Origin: an uncultured Chloroflexia bacterium | Lineage (GTDB): Bacteria; Chloroflexota; Limnocylindria; Limnocylindrales; CSP1-4 | Direction of reading: 5' to 3' | DNA: 64,000 nt | Assembly: GCA_963712745.1 (NCBI GenBank) | Contig: CAVQJC010000006.1 | Span: 224,001-288,000 of the forward strand | In this document: positions 38,520-48,418 of the stretch, in pieces | Layout: every line of letters starts with the position of its first letter | Position numbering within the stretch: position 1 is the first letter of the stretch | Made by a program: the position numbers and the translations under genes | Notes under the pieces: model-generated | The model's database searches: none | The model's input: only the letters and a program-made list of their open reading frames with translations | What the model was told of the DNA's origin: nothing

Positions 38520-39860
38520 TCAGAGACCCAAGGCGTCCTCAAGGGCAGCCATCGTCCCCTCGCTGTCAGCCACCAGTACGAGTACTGGAGAGGATAGACC
38601 CCCTGCGACATCGGCATTCGCCGCCGAGTGCGCGCCTGGCAGGTCCTTCATGGCGTCGCGAGCGGCCTCGCGGAACTCCCCTTGGTCCTGCTTGGTATCC
38701 CAGTCCGTCTGCCAGACCACGGCCCATGCTCCGTCAGGCCCATCGAGACTCACGAGGCGGTCGCCACCCCATCCCGCCGCGTCCTGTGCACTTGGCAGCT
38801 GAGCGGGCAGCCCCGGGAACAGGGAACGTGCCTTGCGCCCGTCGGCCACCCACACGCCGATCTGCATCTCGCCCAGTGTCTGCTCGTAGCTGGTCGACCA
38901 GTCGGGGCCGAGTGCGGCGGCGACATCGGGCAGGTCGATCTCGACCGGCAACTCGCCTGGATACAGCTCCGGATGGAGGATCTGCTCGGTCGAGACCGGT
39001 TGAGCCTCCCACACGTCATCGACGGCCGCCCAATCGCCTCGGCCACGCATGGCCATGACGAAGGCGTATCCGTCGATGTACGGGAACTCCAGCTGGCGCT
39101 GGATGATGACGGGCATGCGTGCGAGCTTGCGGCTGTCCGTGTCTGTCAGCGCCTGGGCCGAGACCCTCAGAAGATCGACCAGGTTCAGCTCACGCGCGGA
39201 CCAGTCGTACATCAGCGCCGTGGCATCGCCCTCGATGAGTGCCTGCTGGGCGAGTATCGCGTCGGACCGGTCGAGGTCCATGATGCGACTGTCCTCGAGA
39301 TCCCACTCGGCATCCTGCAGTGCGTGGCCGTACTCGTGGGCCACCACGATCGACTCCAGTGCGCCGATCTTGTCGACGGGGCCGATCAGCGAGAAGGTCT
39401 TCTCACGCGGGTCGTAGAAGGCGAGGACCTGACTGTCATACACCTTGAGGATGAGTGTCTTGAGATCCTGGCCCGGATCCAGCAGGCCCAGGCGCGTCCA
39501 GGCCGCGTCTTCAGCGGCAAGGTACTCGTCCGGGTACTCCTCGCTGAATAGGTCCTCAAGCTCAGCCAGGAAGGTCTCGTCGTCGATGACGCGGTAGGAG
39601 ACGCCCTCGGCCGGCGGCAGCCCGCGCACAGGATGCACGCTCTCGATGACCTCCCCGACCTTCTTGACCATCTTCCTGTCGAAGCCCTCGGGCAACGGCG
39701 TGGGCTCGGCGTCAGGGCTGGCTGGCGGCGAGGGCGAAGCATCCTGGCCGGCGACCGGGCCGATGCCGATCGCGGTCGCCAGCAGGGCCGGGAGCAACGC
39801 ATACGAGAGGACGCGGGCCACGCGGAGCCCGGGGAAGGCGTGACGATCGATGGGTGCCAT
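38520..39860 (-). CDS. Secreted HEXXH zinc metallopeptidase-like protein
   Basis: Signal peptide; AFYDP, VAHEYGHALQD, LIEGDAT, FPYIDG, PVSTEQILHPE, AAGWGGDR. Confidence 0.85.
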   Translation of the reverse strand: MAPIDRHAFPGLRVARVLSYALLPALLATAIGIGPVAGQDASPSPPASPDAEPTPLPEGFDRKMVKKVGEVIESVHPVRGLPPAEGVSYRVIDDETFLAELEDLFSEEYPDEYLAAEDAAWTRLGLLDPGQDLKTLILKVYDSQVLAFYDPREKTFSLIGPVDKIGALESIVVAHEYGHALQDAEWDLEDSRIMDLDRSDAILAQQALIEGDATALMYDWSARELNLVDLLRVSAQALTDTDSRKLARMPVIIQRQLEFPYIDGYAFVMAMRGRGDWAAVDDVWEAQPVSTEQILHPELYPGELPVEIDLPDVAAALGPDWSTSYEQTLGEMQIGVWVADGRKARSLFPGLPAQLPSAQDAAGWGGDRLVSLDGPDGAWAVVWQTDWDTKQDQGEFREAARDAMKDLPGAHSAANADVAGGLSSPVLVLVADSEGTMAALEDALGL

Positions 39861-39998
39861 AGGGATGCATTCTGCCAGCACATCACCCCAGAGCCCAACC
39901 CGACCATCGGGCGGTTGCGACGAACCCCTACCAGATGTCCGTTTCTTCATCATTCGTGGTCTGGTGCCTTCACGCGCGCTGGGTAATGTTGTCGGCAC

Positions 39999-40088
39999 GG
40001 AACCGCGAAGACAATTCTTCACAGTTCCCTCTCCCTCCCTCTTGGAACGAGGGGCGCTGATTGGGCAGGCGCCCCTCGTTCCTTCTTT
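39999..40088. other. Two-hairpin intergenic element (candidate sRNA or leader)
   Basis: GGAACcGcGAAGA/TCTTCaCaGTTCC stem, CT-rich linker, 14-bp perfect stem followed by TTCTTT. Confidence 0.45.
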
Positions 40089-40135
40089 GTGTGCGCCATC
40101 GGTGGCAAGGCGGCACGTATGGCACCATCGGCGCC

Positions 40136-40822
40136 ATGGAGATCACCTGGTACGGCGGCTCATGTGTTCGTCTCAAGGGACGAGAAGGGGTCGTCGCCGC
40201 AGACCCGTTCCGGTCCATCGTGGGGCCCACGGGCCGCGGCCTCACGGCCGACATCGTCTCGTACGGCCACCCCGACGAGGCAGTCGTGTCCGGTCGTGGC
40301 AGCAAGGCCCAGGCAGGCGTCACCTCACGGCAGCTCGGTGTGTCTCTGCCGACGAGCCTCGAGAAGGCCTTCGTCCTCGACTCGCCCGGCGAGTACGAGG
40401 TCCACGATGTGATGACCACCGGGGTGCGTACGTTCCGCGACAACGAGCAGGGGGCCGTCCGCGGTATGGGCACGTCCTATGTCTACGAGCTCGACGGTGT
40501 GTACGCCGCACACCTGGGTGAGGTGGGCCACCTGCTCGATCAGGACACCATCCGTGAGATGGGCCACGTAGATCTGGTCCTCCTTGGCATCGGCCCACAG
40601 CTCTCCGCTGCCCACGCGGCGGAGGTCGTCGGTCAGTTGGATGCCCACCTGGTGGTGCCGTTGCCCCTCACCGAAGCCGCAGCGCGGCCGGAAGGTGACC
40701 TTGAGCGCTTCCTCAAGGAGATGAGCGCGACGGACCTGCAGCCCGTCCCCAGCCTGAAGGTGACGATCTCGTCAGTGCCCAACGAGACCGCGGTAGTCCT
40801 GCTGGAGCAACGCGGACGCTAG
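40136..40822 (+). CDS. MBL-fold protein (Lactamase_B_3-like) with degenerate metal motif
   Basis: MEITWYGGSCVRL, DPF, ADIVSYGH, PGEYEV, HLGEVGH. Confidence 0.8.
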   Translation: MEITWYGGSCVRLKGREGVVAADPFRSIVGPTGRGLTADIVSYGHPDEAVVSGRGSKAQAGVTSRQLGVSLPTSLEKAFVLDSPGEYEVHDVMTTGVRTFRDNEQGAVRGMGTSYVYELDGVYAAHLGEVGHLLDQDTIREMGHVDLVLLGIGPQLSAAHAAEVVGQLDAHLVVPLPLTEAAARPEGDLERFLKEMSATDLQPVPSLKVTISSVPNETAVVLLEQRGR

Positions 40823-40826
40823 TCAG

Positions 40827-41816
40827 TCACCCTGTCCGACCGCCGCCGCGCGCCTGGGCCAGGCGGACCTCCAGAGCCATGTCGGGGTCGAAGCGGCGGA
40901 TGCGCAGCCACGCAGCAGCTTCGCGCAGGCGCTGCTCGGCGGTGTGGAATGAAGCTGAGCCGATGTGGTCCGCCACGGCCACGAGGGCTGCGGCCGGCGC
41001 CAGCCCGATGAGCTCGGAATCGAGGATGCTCACCCGCTCTTCCGCGGCCAGTCGCTCGGCCTCTTCCCACACGCGCCACAGGGGGGTGCGTTCATGATCG
41101 AGGATGTTCAGCGATAGCTGGGCGCAACCCTGCGACGCGAGATCGATGCCCAGGGCCTGCACCGCCGGCAGGCCACCGTCTCGGGCGCGGATGCGTGTGG
41201 CGATGCGCCGTGCCAAGGCCACATCGGTGGTCGAGAGCTGGATGTTGAAGGCGATGAGGAACGGGCGGGCGCCGACCACGGTGGCACCTGCGGTCGGATG
41301 CGGGCGCGTCGGTCCGAAGTCAGGCTCGCCTCCTGCTTCGGCCATGGCCGCGCTCAGCCCTTCGAAGCCTGGGCGACGGATATCGGCGAGCACACGCCGG
41401 GCTGGTCTGCGGGCGGCCTGCGCGTAGAGGTACACCGGAAGCTCGAACCGTTCGGCGATGCGCTCAGCGAATGTGCGAGCGCCTTCGACGCACTGCTCCA
41501 TGGTCGTGTCGCCGAGCGGGACGAAGGGGATGACGTCGACGGCGCCCAGGCGAGGGTGCCGGCCCCGCTGTCGACGCATGTCGATGCGTTGGATGGCGGC
41601 CTCGAGGGCGGCCTCCACAGCAGCCATCACCCGCCCGGGGTAGCCAGCCACGGTGTAGACACTACGCCCGTGATCGCGGTCGGCGGTACGGTCCAGCAGC
41701 CAAGCGCCGGCATGGGCCTCGATGGCCGACGCGACAGCGTCGAGGGTGTCCCTGTCGGTGCCCTCGCTGACGTTCGGCACGCACTCGACGAAGCTATCCC
41801 TGGCCAGACCGTCCAT
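40827..41816 (-). CDS. ftcD: Glutamate formiminotransferase
   Basis: VECVPNVSEG, DRDHGRSV, HPRLGAVDVIPFVP, GARPFLIAFN. Confidence 0.9.
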   Translation of the reverse strand: MDGLARDSFVECVPNVSEGTDRDTLDAVASAIEAHAGAWLLDRTADRDHGRSVYTVAGYPGRVMAAVEAALEAAIQRIDMRRQRGRHPRLGAVDVIPFVPLGDTTMEQCVEGARTFAERIAERFELPVYLYAQAARRPARRVLADIRRPGFEGLSAAMAEAGGEPDFGPTRPHPTAGATVVGARPFLIAFNIQLSTTDVALARRIATRIRARDGGLPAVQALGIDLASQGCAQLSLNILDHERTPLWRVWEEAERLAAEERVSILDSELIGLAPAAALVAVADHIGSASFHTAEQRLREAAAWLRIRRFDPDMALEVRLAQARGGGRTG

Positions 41817-41900
41817 GGTCGCGATGCTATCTCAGGCTGGCGTGGGCGTCGGGGGTGTCGGGGGCCAGTCGCGAGTGGTCAACGGGCCGGCACGGGTCGG

Positions 41901-42992
41901 TCATGGCCCCGCGGACGTGCTCACCCGGCGACCGAACGCGACCGTCTCGACGGCACGCAGGGTCACAGCTACCCGATCGCCGAGCGAGAGGTGCCGTACA
42001 CGGCTACCGGCCTCGACCCACAGACGTTCACCGTCGGGTGCTCGCAGTTCGAGCAGGATCTCAGATCCGGAGAAGCGGCGGTCGATGACCTCCCAGCTGG
42101 CAGGTGAGGCTGGCCGGTCCTGAGCCTCCTCGATACCGAAGTGCTCGGGCCGCAGCAGGCACAGCGCATGGCCTTCAGGGCGTTCGTCGTCGCGGCCGAT
42201 GAGTGGCACACGGCCAAATCGGGTGCTGGCGATGCCGTCGCGGACCTCGGCAGGCACCAGGTTGGCCACACCCACGAAGGTGGCCACATACGGAGTGGCC
42301 GGTTCCGCGTAGATGAGTTCCGGCGGTGCCACCTGCAGGATCCGGCCGCGCGTCATGACCGCTACCGTGTCGGCCATGGTCAGAGCCTCCGCCTGGTCAT
42401 GGGTGACGAAGATCGCACTCTGTCTGGCCTCTCTCAGGATCTGCCGGACCTCCGCGCGCAACTGTGTGCGCATTGCCTGGTCGAGCGATGAGAATGGTTC
42501 ATCGAGCAGGAGCACATCCGGCCGCGGAGCCAGGGCGCGCGCCAGCGCCACCCGCTGCTGCATGCCACCCGAGAGCTCGTGGGGCATGCGCCCGGCATCG
42601 GCCGACAGGCCCACCAGCTCGAGGAGCTCAGCGGTGCGTGCGGCTCTGTCTGCGTCGCGCCGGATGCCGTAGGCCACGTTGTCGCGGGTCGAGAGGTGCG
42701 GGAAGAGGGCCAGGTCCTGGAAGACCAGGCCGATCTTCCGTCGCTCCGGGGGCACCATCGACGAGGCCGAGGCGACTCGCCTGCCGCTGACCTCGACGGT
42801 GCCCGCATCCGGTCGCTCGAAGCCGGCGATGAGCCGCAGGGCGGTGGTCTTGCCGCAGCCCGAAGGACCGAGCAGGGCCAGCATCGTGCCTGCATCCAGC
42901 TCGAGACTGACGGTATCGAGCGCGACCTTGTCCCCGAAGCGCTTGGTCACATCGGCGAGACGGACGGCGAGTGAAGGATCGGTCCTGTTCAC
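41901..42992 (-). CDS. Fe3+-type ABC transporter ATP-binding protein
   Basis: GPSGCGKTT, LSGGMQQR, LLLDEP, TOBE-like C-terminus; GTG start overlaps the permease stop. Confidence 0.9.
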   Translation of the reverse strand: MNRTDPSLAVRLADVTKRFGDKVALDTVSLELDAGTMLALLGPSGCGKTTALRLIAGFERPDAGTVEVSGRRVASASSMVPPERRKIGLVFQDLALFPHLSTRDNVAYGIRRDADRAARTAELLELVGLSADAGRMPHELSGGMQQRVALARALAPRPDVLLLDEPFSSLDQAMRTQLRAEVRQILREARQSAIFVTHDQAEALTMADTVAVMTRGRILQVAPPELIYAEPATPYVATFVGVANLVPAEVRDGIASTRFGRVPLIGRDDERPEGHALCLLRPEHFGIEEAQDRPASPASWEVIDRRFSGSEILLELRAPDGERLWVEAGSRVRHLSLGDRVAVTLRAVETVAFGRRVSTSAGP

Positions 42993-44599
42993 GCTTCGAT
43001 CTCCCCGCGCTGCACGAGCAGACCGACCGACACGAACGAGACGGCCAGAAGCAAGGCCGCCGGCACCGCCGCCTGCGCATAGAAGGCCTCGCGGGCCGCA
43101 TCCCACAGCTCCGTTGCCAGCGTGCTCATCCCGGGCGGCGCGAGCAACAAGGTCAGCGGGAGCTCCTTGAGACCTGACAACAGCACGAGCGTGACGCCGG
43201 CGACCAGGCCGGGCCGCAGGAGCGGCAGCGTGACCGAACGCAGCACACCGAGGGAGCCCTCGCCCAGCGACCGGGCCGCCTCGATGGTCCGCGGCGAGAC
43301 TTGCAGCATCGGGCCACGCAGCGCGCCCACCGATTGCACGAGGTAGCGCAGCGTGACGGCCAGCACCAGCGCGAAGAGCGTCTGGTAGAGCACCGGGGTC
43401 GCGTTCAGGGTGAAGGAGACGATGGCCAGGGCCAGGGTGATGCCGGGTATGGCGTAGACCGCGTACAGCAGGCGCTCGGTGCCACCCGACCAACGGCCGG
43501 GGAAGTGCACGACGAGGCGGGCCAGTGGCAGAGCGAGCAGTACGGCCAGCAGGGCAGCGCTGCCGGCCAGCACGAGCGAGTCCCGAAGCGCGCCCAGCCC
43601 GACCGTGATCCCCGCGCCGCCGGTGATCCCGCCGATGAGCCAGAGCGAGATGGTGACGACAGGGATACCCAGCGCAAGGGCAGCGACCGATGCTGCGAAG
43701 AGGATGGCCGGCCAGCGCCAGGGCCCGAGCTCGATGAGCCCCGGAATCCGCATGCGGCCGTGCGGCGTGGCCAGCGCCGCCCGCCGGCGGACCCGGCCTT
43801 CGGTCCACACCAGCACGAGCGCAAGGCCCAGCAGCAGCAGCGCCAGCACCGCGGCACCAGAGCGATCGAACGAGAACCGGTACTGCGAGTAGATGGCGGT
43901 AGCGAGCGTGTCGTAGCGCAGGATGGACACGGCCCCGAAGTCGGAGATGGCATAGAGACACGCGAGCAATGCGCCTGCCCCGACCGCCGGCAGCAGCACC
44001 GGTACGACCGCCGTGCGGGCCGCCGCCCAGGGCCCGCGGCCGAGCGATCTGGCGGCTTCCTCGGTCGCGGGGTCGAGCCGGACCAGCGCTGCACGCGTGG
44101 CGATGACGACGTAGGGCATGGTGGCCAGGCTCAACACCAGGGCTGCTCCCCCGAAGCCATACACGGCTGGGCTGGCCAGTCCGAGCGGGCCCAGCAGCGC
44201 CGAGACCCAGCCGCGCGGAGCGAACGCCCCCACGAAGGCGAATGCCAGCAGGTACGAGGGCACCGCCAGAGGCGCGATGGCGAGGATCGACCAGGCTCGC
44301 CGTGCGGGGAGGTCCGTGCGCACGGTGAGCCAGGCCAGGGGCACGCCCAGGCCGACCGCACCGACGATGACCGCCAGTCCAAGCGCGAGCGTGGAGATCG
44401 CCAACTCGAGCGTGCGCTGCCGCAGGAGGGGCCCGAGGACATCGGTCCCGCCCTCGAGAGCCCTGGTGACGAGATAGGCCAGCGGCACCAGCGCCAGCGA
44501 CGCCACGGTCACCGCCACCAGCAGCAGGGCCAGCGGCGGGCGACGCGAACCGGAGGTTCGGTGGACGGCCGCCCGGCGGGCGGTAGCGATGATCGTCAC
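42989..44599 (-). CDS. Fe3+-type ABC transporter permease (two modules)
   Basis: Two EAA motifs (EEAARSLG, IEAARSLG). Confidence 0.9.
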   Translation of the reverse strand: MTIIATARRAAVHRTSGSRRPPLALLLVAVTVASLALVPLAYLVTRALEGGTDVLGPLLRQRTLELAISTLALGLAVIVGAVGLGVPLAWLTVRTDLPARRAWSILAIAPLAVPSYLLAFAFVGAFAPRGWVSALLGPLGLASPAVYGFGGAALVLSLATMPYVVIATRAALVRLDPATEEAARSLGRGPWAAARTAVVPVLLPAVGAGALLACLYAISDFGAVSILRYDTLATAIYSQYRFSFDRSGAAVLALLLLGLALVLVWTEGRVRRRAALATPHGRMRIPGLIELGPWRWPAILFAASVAALALGIPVVTISLWLIGGITGGAGITVGLGALRDSLVLAGSAALLAVLLALPLARLVVHFPGRWSGGTERLLYAVYAIPGITLALAIVSFTLNATPVLYQTLFALVLAVTLRYLVQSVGALRGPMLQVSPRTIEAARSLGEGSLGVLRSVTLPLLRPGLVAGVTLVLLSGLKELPLTLLLAPPGMSTLATELWDAAREAFYAQAAVPAALLLAVSFVSVGLLVQRGEIEA

Positions 44600-44627
44600 A
44601 GCCTGACCGACACTCCTCTCCGAGTCG

Positions 44628-45641
44628 TCAGTCGATGGCGCCTGTGTCCCGCAGCAGCTCGACCGTGCCTCGAAGGTCGGCCAGAGCTGAAAGGTCGACG
44701 TCGGGCGCACCGATGTCCTCGAGGGCCGGCAGCCGTGAGTCGGCAGCGATGCCGGCGCTGAGCGGGTACTCGAACGTGGACTGGCTGAAGTAACGCTGGG
44801 CGTCCTCCCCGAGGAGATACTCGATAAGTGCCTCGGCGGAGGCAGGCTGGTCGGTCGAACCGAGGCGGCCGATACCGGCGACATTGACCAGCGAGCCGAC
44901 GTCACCTTCCTCGAAGAACGCCTGCGCCACCGGGTATTCCTCACCGTGCTCGGCCAGCAGCCTCAGAAGGTAGTAGTGGTTGACGAAGGACGCGTCCACC
45001 TCGCCTGCCGCGACTCCCTCGACCGCGGCGGTATTGGAGGGGTAGGCCACGGGGTCGTTGGCCAGGATGCCCTCGAGCCAGTCACGCGCCGCAGCCTCGC
45101 CCTCGACCACACGCAGCGCCGTAACGAACGACTGGAACGAGCCGTTGGCCGGGGCCCAGCCGAGACGGCCGGACCACGCCGGGTCGGTGAAGTCAAGGAT
45201 CGAAGCCGGCAGTTCGACGTCCTCCGACGTCGTGTAGGCGACCGTTCGTGCGCGCCCGCTGACGCCGACCCACTCTCCGTCGGCGTCGCGGAAGCTGGCA
45301 TCGACCTGCTCGAGCAACTCCTCCGGAAGCGACGAGAAGAGGCCCGCGGCGCCGACCGCGCCGAGAGAGCCCGCGTCCTGGGCGAAGAAGACGTCGGCTG
45401 GAGACCGATCCCCCTCTTCGAGCAGGATGGTCGCCAGCTCGGCGGTGTCGGCATACTTCGTCTCGACCTCGATGCCGGTGGCCGCGGTGAAGGCCGCCAG
45501 CGCCGGGCCGACCAGCGACTCACTGCGGCCGGAGTAGACGGTCAGGGGGCCGTCTGCATCTTCCGCCAGGGCAGGCACCGACGTAGACAGGAGCAGAGCG
45601 GAGGCAAGACCGGCCAGAGCCAATGGGTGGGTTCGGGACAT
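44628..45641 (-). CDS. Fe3+ ABC transporter substrate-binding protein (FbpA/FutA-like)
   Basis: LTVYSGR, SPADVF, FVNHYY. Confidence 0.9.
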   Translation of the reverse strand: MSRTHPLALAGLASALLLSTSVPALAEDADGPLTVYSGRSESLVGPALAAFTAATGIEVETKYADTAELATILLEEGDRSPADVFFAQDAGSLGAVGAAGLFSSLPEELLEQVDASFRDADGEWVGVSGRARTVAYTTSEDVELPASILDFTDPAWSGRLGWAPANGSFQSFVTALRVVEGEAAARDWLEGILANDPVAYPSNTAAVEGVAAGEVDASFVNHYYLLRLLAEHGEEYPVAQAFFEEGDVGSLVNVAGIGRLGSTDQPASAEALIEYLLGEDAQRYFSQSTFEYPLSAGIAADSRLPALEDIGAPDVDLSALADLRGTVELLRDTGAID

Positions 45642-45747
45642 GCAGACTCCGGGGGCTGGGGTTGTATGACTTGTCGAGCGTACGCGACCTTGCCGGCGGT
45701 CGTCAAGGAGCCATGACTGTCAGCATCAGGGGCCCCTGATAGAACCT

Positions 45748-46503
45748 TCAGTCCAGTTCGCGCCGCATCACCGGGAATCGGTCGTCCGGGGCCGCAGTCC
45801 TGAACCCGCAGGCCTCCCAGAACAGGGGATTCGCCGCGGACGCCTCGTCGGTCGCGAGGGTCAGGTCGGGATAGGCCTCGACGGCAGCGAACCCGCGAGC
45901 CTGGAGGTCTGCCACGACGGCTTGGACCAACTCCGAGCCGATACCATGGCCACGAGCCGCCGGCGTCGTGGCCACGCAGGTGATGACGGCTGGCAGTGGC
46001 GAACTCGGCAGGCGGGGATAGAGCTCACGGACGTGCTGAGCGCGTGGGTATGCCGACAGCGGTCCGAATTGCGCGTACGCCGCGGGCTCACCATCGAGTA
46101 GCAGGACCTTGGCGTAGGAGCCGAACACGGCGCGACCACGACGGAGCAGGCGGAGCTTCGGCGACGCCTCGGACGTGATTTCATCCGAGCGCGTCTCGGG
46201 CTGCGGGGCGAAGGGGTTGAAGTCCGCCGGCGGGGCGACGACCGCGGGATCGAAGGGGTTGAAGCCCACGGGGTCTCGGGGTGGAGGCGCGAAGGGGTTG
46301 TCCGAGTGAGGCGCCGGCGCGGGTCGTGGTGCGGGCGCCTTTGCGCGCAACCATGATGGGCGGGCCCCCTTGGATCCGCGGACCTCGTCTTCCCAGTAGT
46401 CGCAGGTGCGGTGGTCGAAGCGTGGGTCTGCGCAGGGAGGCAGGAGCTGGAAGGTCGAGGCGTCGGTGATGTCGATGGTCTCGCGGCCGGCGGTGCTGCT
46501 CAC
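45748..46503 (-). CDS. GNAT-fold protein with Pro-rich insertion
   Basis: YAQFGP, VITCV, ARGHGIG, AVEAYP. Confidence 0.75.
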   Translation of the reverse strand: MSSTAGRETIDITDASTFQLLPPCADPRFDHRTCDYWEDEVRGSKGARPSWLRAKAPAPRPAPAPHSDNPFAPPPRDPVGFNPFDPAVVAPPADFNPFAPQPETRSDEITSEASPKLRLLRRGRAVFGSYAKVLLLDGEPAAYAQFGPLSAYPRAQHVRELYPRLPSSPLPAVITCVATTPAARGHGIGSELVQAVVADLQARGFAAVEAYPDLTLATDEASAANPLFWEACGFRTAAPDDRFPVMRRELD

Positions 46504-46522
46504 GCTCCGCAGTGTAGGACGG

Positions 46523-47233
46523 TCAGACCCCGAAACGAAGGCTGTCCGCGATGGCGTCGAAGACGGCCTCGGCATCGACAGCTACGTCGGCGGAGGCCAC
46601 GAAGTTCACGAGGTAGGCCTGGCGGCCAAAGCGGAAGAGGATCGAGCGGACCCGCAGCTCTCCGAGATCGGCATCGACGATGGTGTAGTCGAAGCGTACC
46701 CCTTTGGCCGTCGGCAGCGCGACATCCTGGGCAGAGAGCGGGCCGGTGCGGCCGGGCAGGGCGCCGATGCGCTCACGGACCCCGGTCTTGAGGACATGAG
46801 CGCGCTGGCCATTGGTTGGCTGCGCCAGCACGATGAGCAGGGGCGCGATCTGGCCGCTGCCGGACGGATCCGCGGCGATGGCGCTGACACGCGTCCCGCT
46901 GCCGTCCAGGACCGCATCGATGCGACCGGCCAACTCAGGCAGCGTGTCGGCCACCGCTTCGATGAGGTCGCTGGTCTGCTCTCCGCCCAGAGCCACGCCC
47001 GACCAACCCGCAGGCAGGACCATCGTGTAGCCATCCGGGTGCGGCCACCACATCGCCACTTCGCTGCTGGCAGCGCCATCGGCGGCAGGGTCGGCCTCCG
47101 GCGCAGACACGACTGTCGCGGCGGGGTCGAGCAGAGCTTGGAACACGGCAGCCGTCGGTGCGCTGCAGCCTACGGCGATGAAGCCCGCTAGCGCGATGAC
47201 AAGGATGCCGACTGGGGTCGTTCGGCTCGTCAT
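46523..47233 (-). CDS. Putative lipoprotein of unknown function
   Basis: Hydrophobic leader ending IAVGC (lipobox-like). Confidence 0.65.
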   Translation of the reverse strand: MTSRTTPVGILVIALAGFIAVGCSAPTAAVFQALLDPAATVVSAPEADPAADGAASSEVAMWWPHPDGYTMVLPAGWSGVALGGEQTSDLIEAVADTLPELAGRIDAVLDGSGTRVSAIAADPSGSGQIAPLLIVLAQPTNGQRAHVLKTGVRERIGALPGRTGPLSAQDVALPTAKGVRFDYTIVDADLGELRVRSILFRFGRQAYLVNFVASADVAVDAEAVFDAIADSLRFGV

Positions 47234-47360
47234 TCCGGCCACAGCATGGCGCAGAACCCCGGAATGTGCAGGCGACCGTTCGGCCCCTGCCAGTGGTGCC
47301 GAATGCCTTATGGGTCCCCTGCTGGCCCGCTGCTATAGTCGCCACACAACTCGCATACAC

Positions 47361-47520
<160 letters not shown>

Positions 47521-47641
47521 AGCCGCCGACGGCATGTCGGCGTGCGGTCGCTCGCGGCACGCGACCGGCCCGCCCCGGCGGGAGCGGTGCGTCCGTCTCT
47601 TCTTGTCGATGCCTCGATGGGGTGGCCGGAGGTCACCAGAC

Positions 47642-48418
47642 TTGGACGCCATCGAGCTCCACGCTATCGCTCGCAGTTTCGAGATCGACGGTTCGCGCCT
47701 GCTCGCGCTCGACGGCATCGATCTGCACGTGGCCGAACGCGAGATCGTGGCCATCGTGGGGCCCAACGGCTGCGGCAAGTCCACGCTGCTGCGCGTGGCA
47801 AGCGGTCTGCTGCCTCCCGATCGGGGCAGCGTGCTGGCCTTCGACTCGACGGTGGCTGGGCCCGACCCGCGGGTGGGGCTGGTGTTCCAGGAGCCACGCT
47901 TGCTGCCGTGGCGCGATGTGCTTGCCAACGTCGCCTTCCCGCTGGAACTGGCGGGGATCGGGCGGAGCGAACGAGAGGATCGGGCCAACCAGGCGCTGCG
48001 GCTGACGGGCCTGGAGGCCTTCGCGCGGGCCTATCCCGACCAACTGTCAGGTGGCATGGCGCAGCGAGCGGCCCTCGCGCGCGCCCTGGCACCCGAGCCC
48101 GATGTCCTGCTCCTCGACGAGCCCTTCAGTGCGCTCGACGCCATGACGCGTGAGCGCCTCGATGACGAGTTGCTCTCGCTGTGGGGCCAGACCGGAACCA
48201 CCATCGTGCTCGTCACCCACAGCATCTCAGAGGCCGTCTACCTTTCCGATCGCGTGCTTGTGATGTCCGCCCGACCTGGTCGCATCGTGGCCGAAGTACC
48301 CGTCGAGGCACCGCGTCCCCGCCACCTCCTGGGCGCCGGTGCCTCGATGTTCAGCGCCGCCGCCGACGATGTGCGTGCTCATCTCACCTCCAACGCTCAG
48401 GCTGGGGCCGCGGCATGA
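47642..48418 (+). CDS. ABC ATP-binding protein (NitT/TauT type), probable riboflavin uptake
   Basis: GPNGCGKST, LSGGM, LLLDEPF; TTG start after GGAGG; directly behind the FMN riboswitch. Confidence 0.9.
   Translation: MDAIELHAIARSFEIDGSRLLALDGIDLHVAEREIVAIVGPNGCGKSTLLRVASGLLPPDRGSVLAFDSTVAGPDPRVGLVFQEPRLLPWRDVLANVAFPLELAGIGRSEREDRANQALRLTGLEAFARAYPDQLSGGMAQRAALARALAPEPDVLLLDEPFSALDAMTRERLDDELLSLWGQTGTTIVLVTHSISEAVYLSDRVLVMSARPGRIVAEVPVEAPRPRHLLGAGASMFSAAADDVRAHLTSNAQAGAAA

Noticed and set aside
41901-43961. 686-aa ABC ATPase with long N-terminal extension (likewise extended dinB 51703..53295 and HAD 6781..7878)
   Set aside because: Extensions overlap real upstream genes in another frame; better starts lie downstream.
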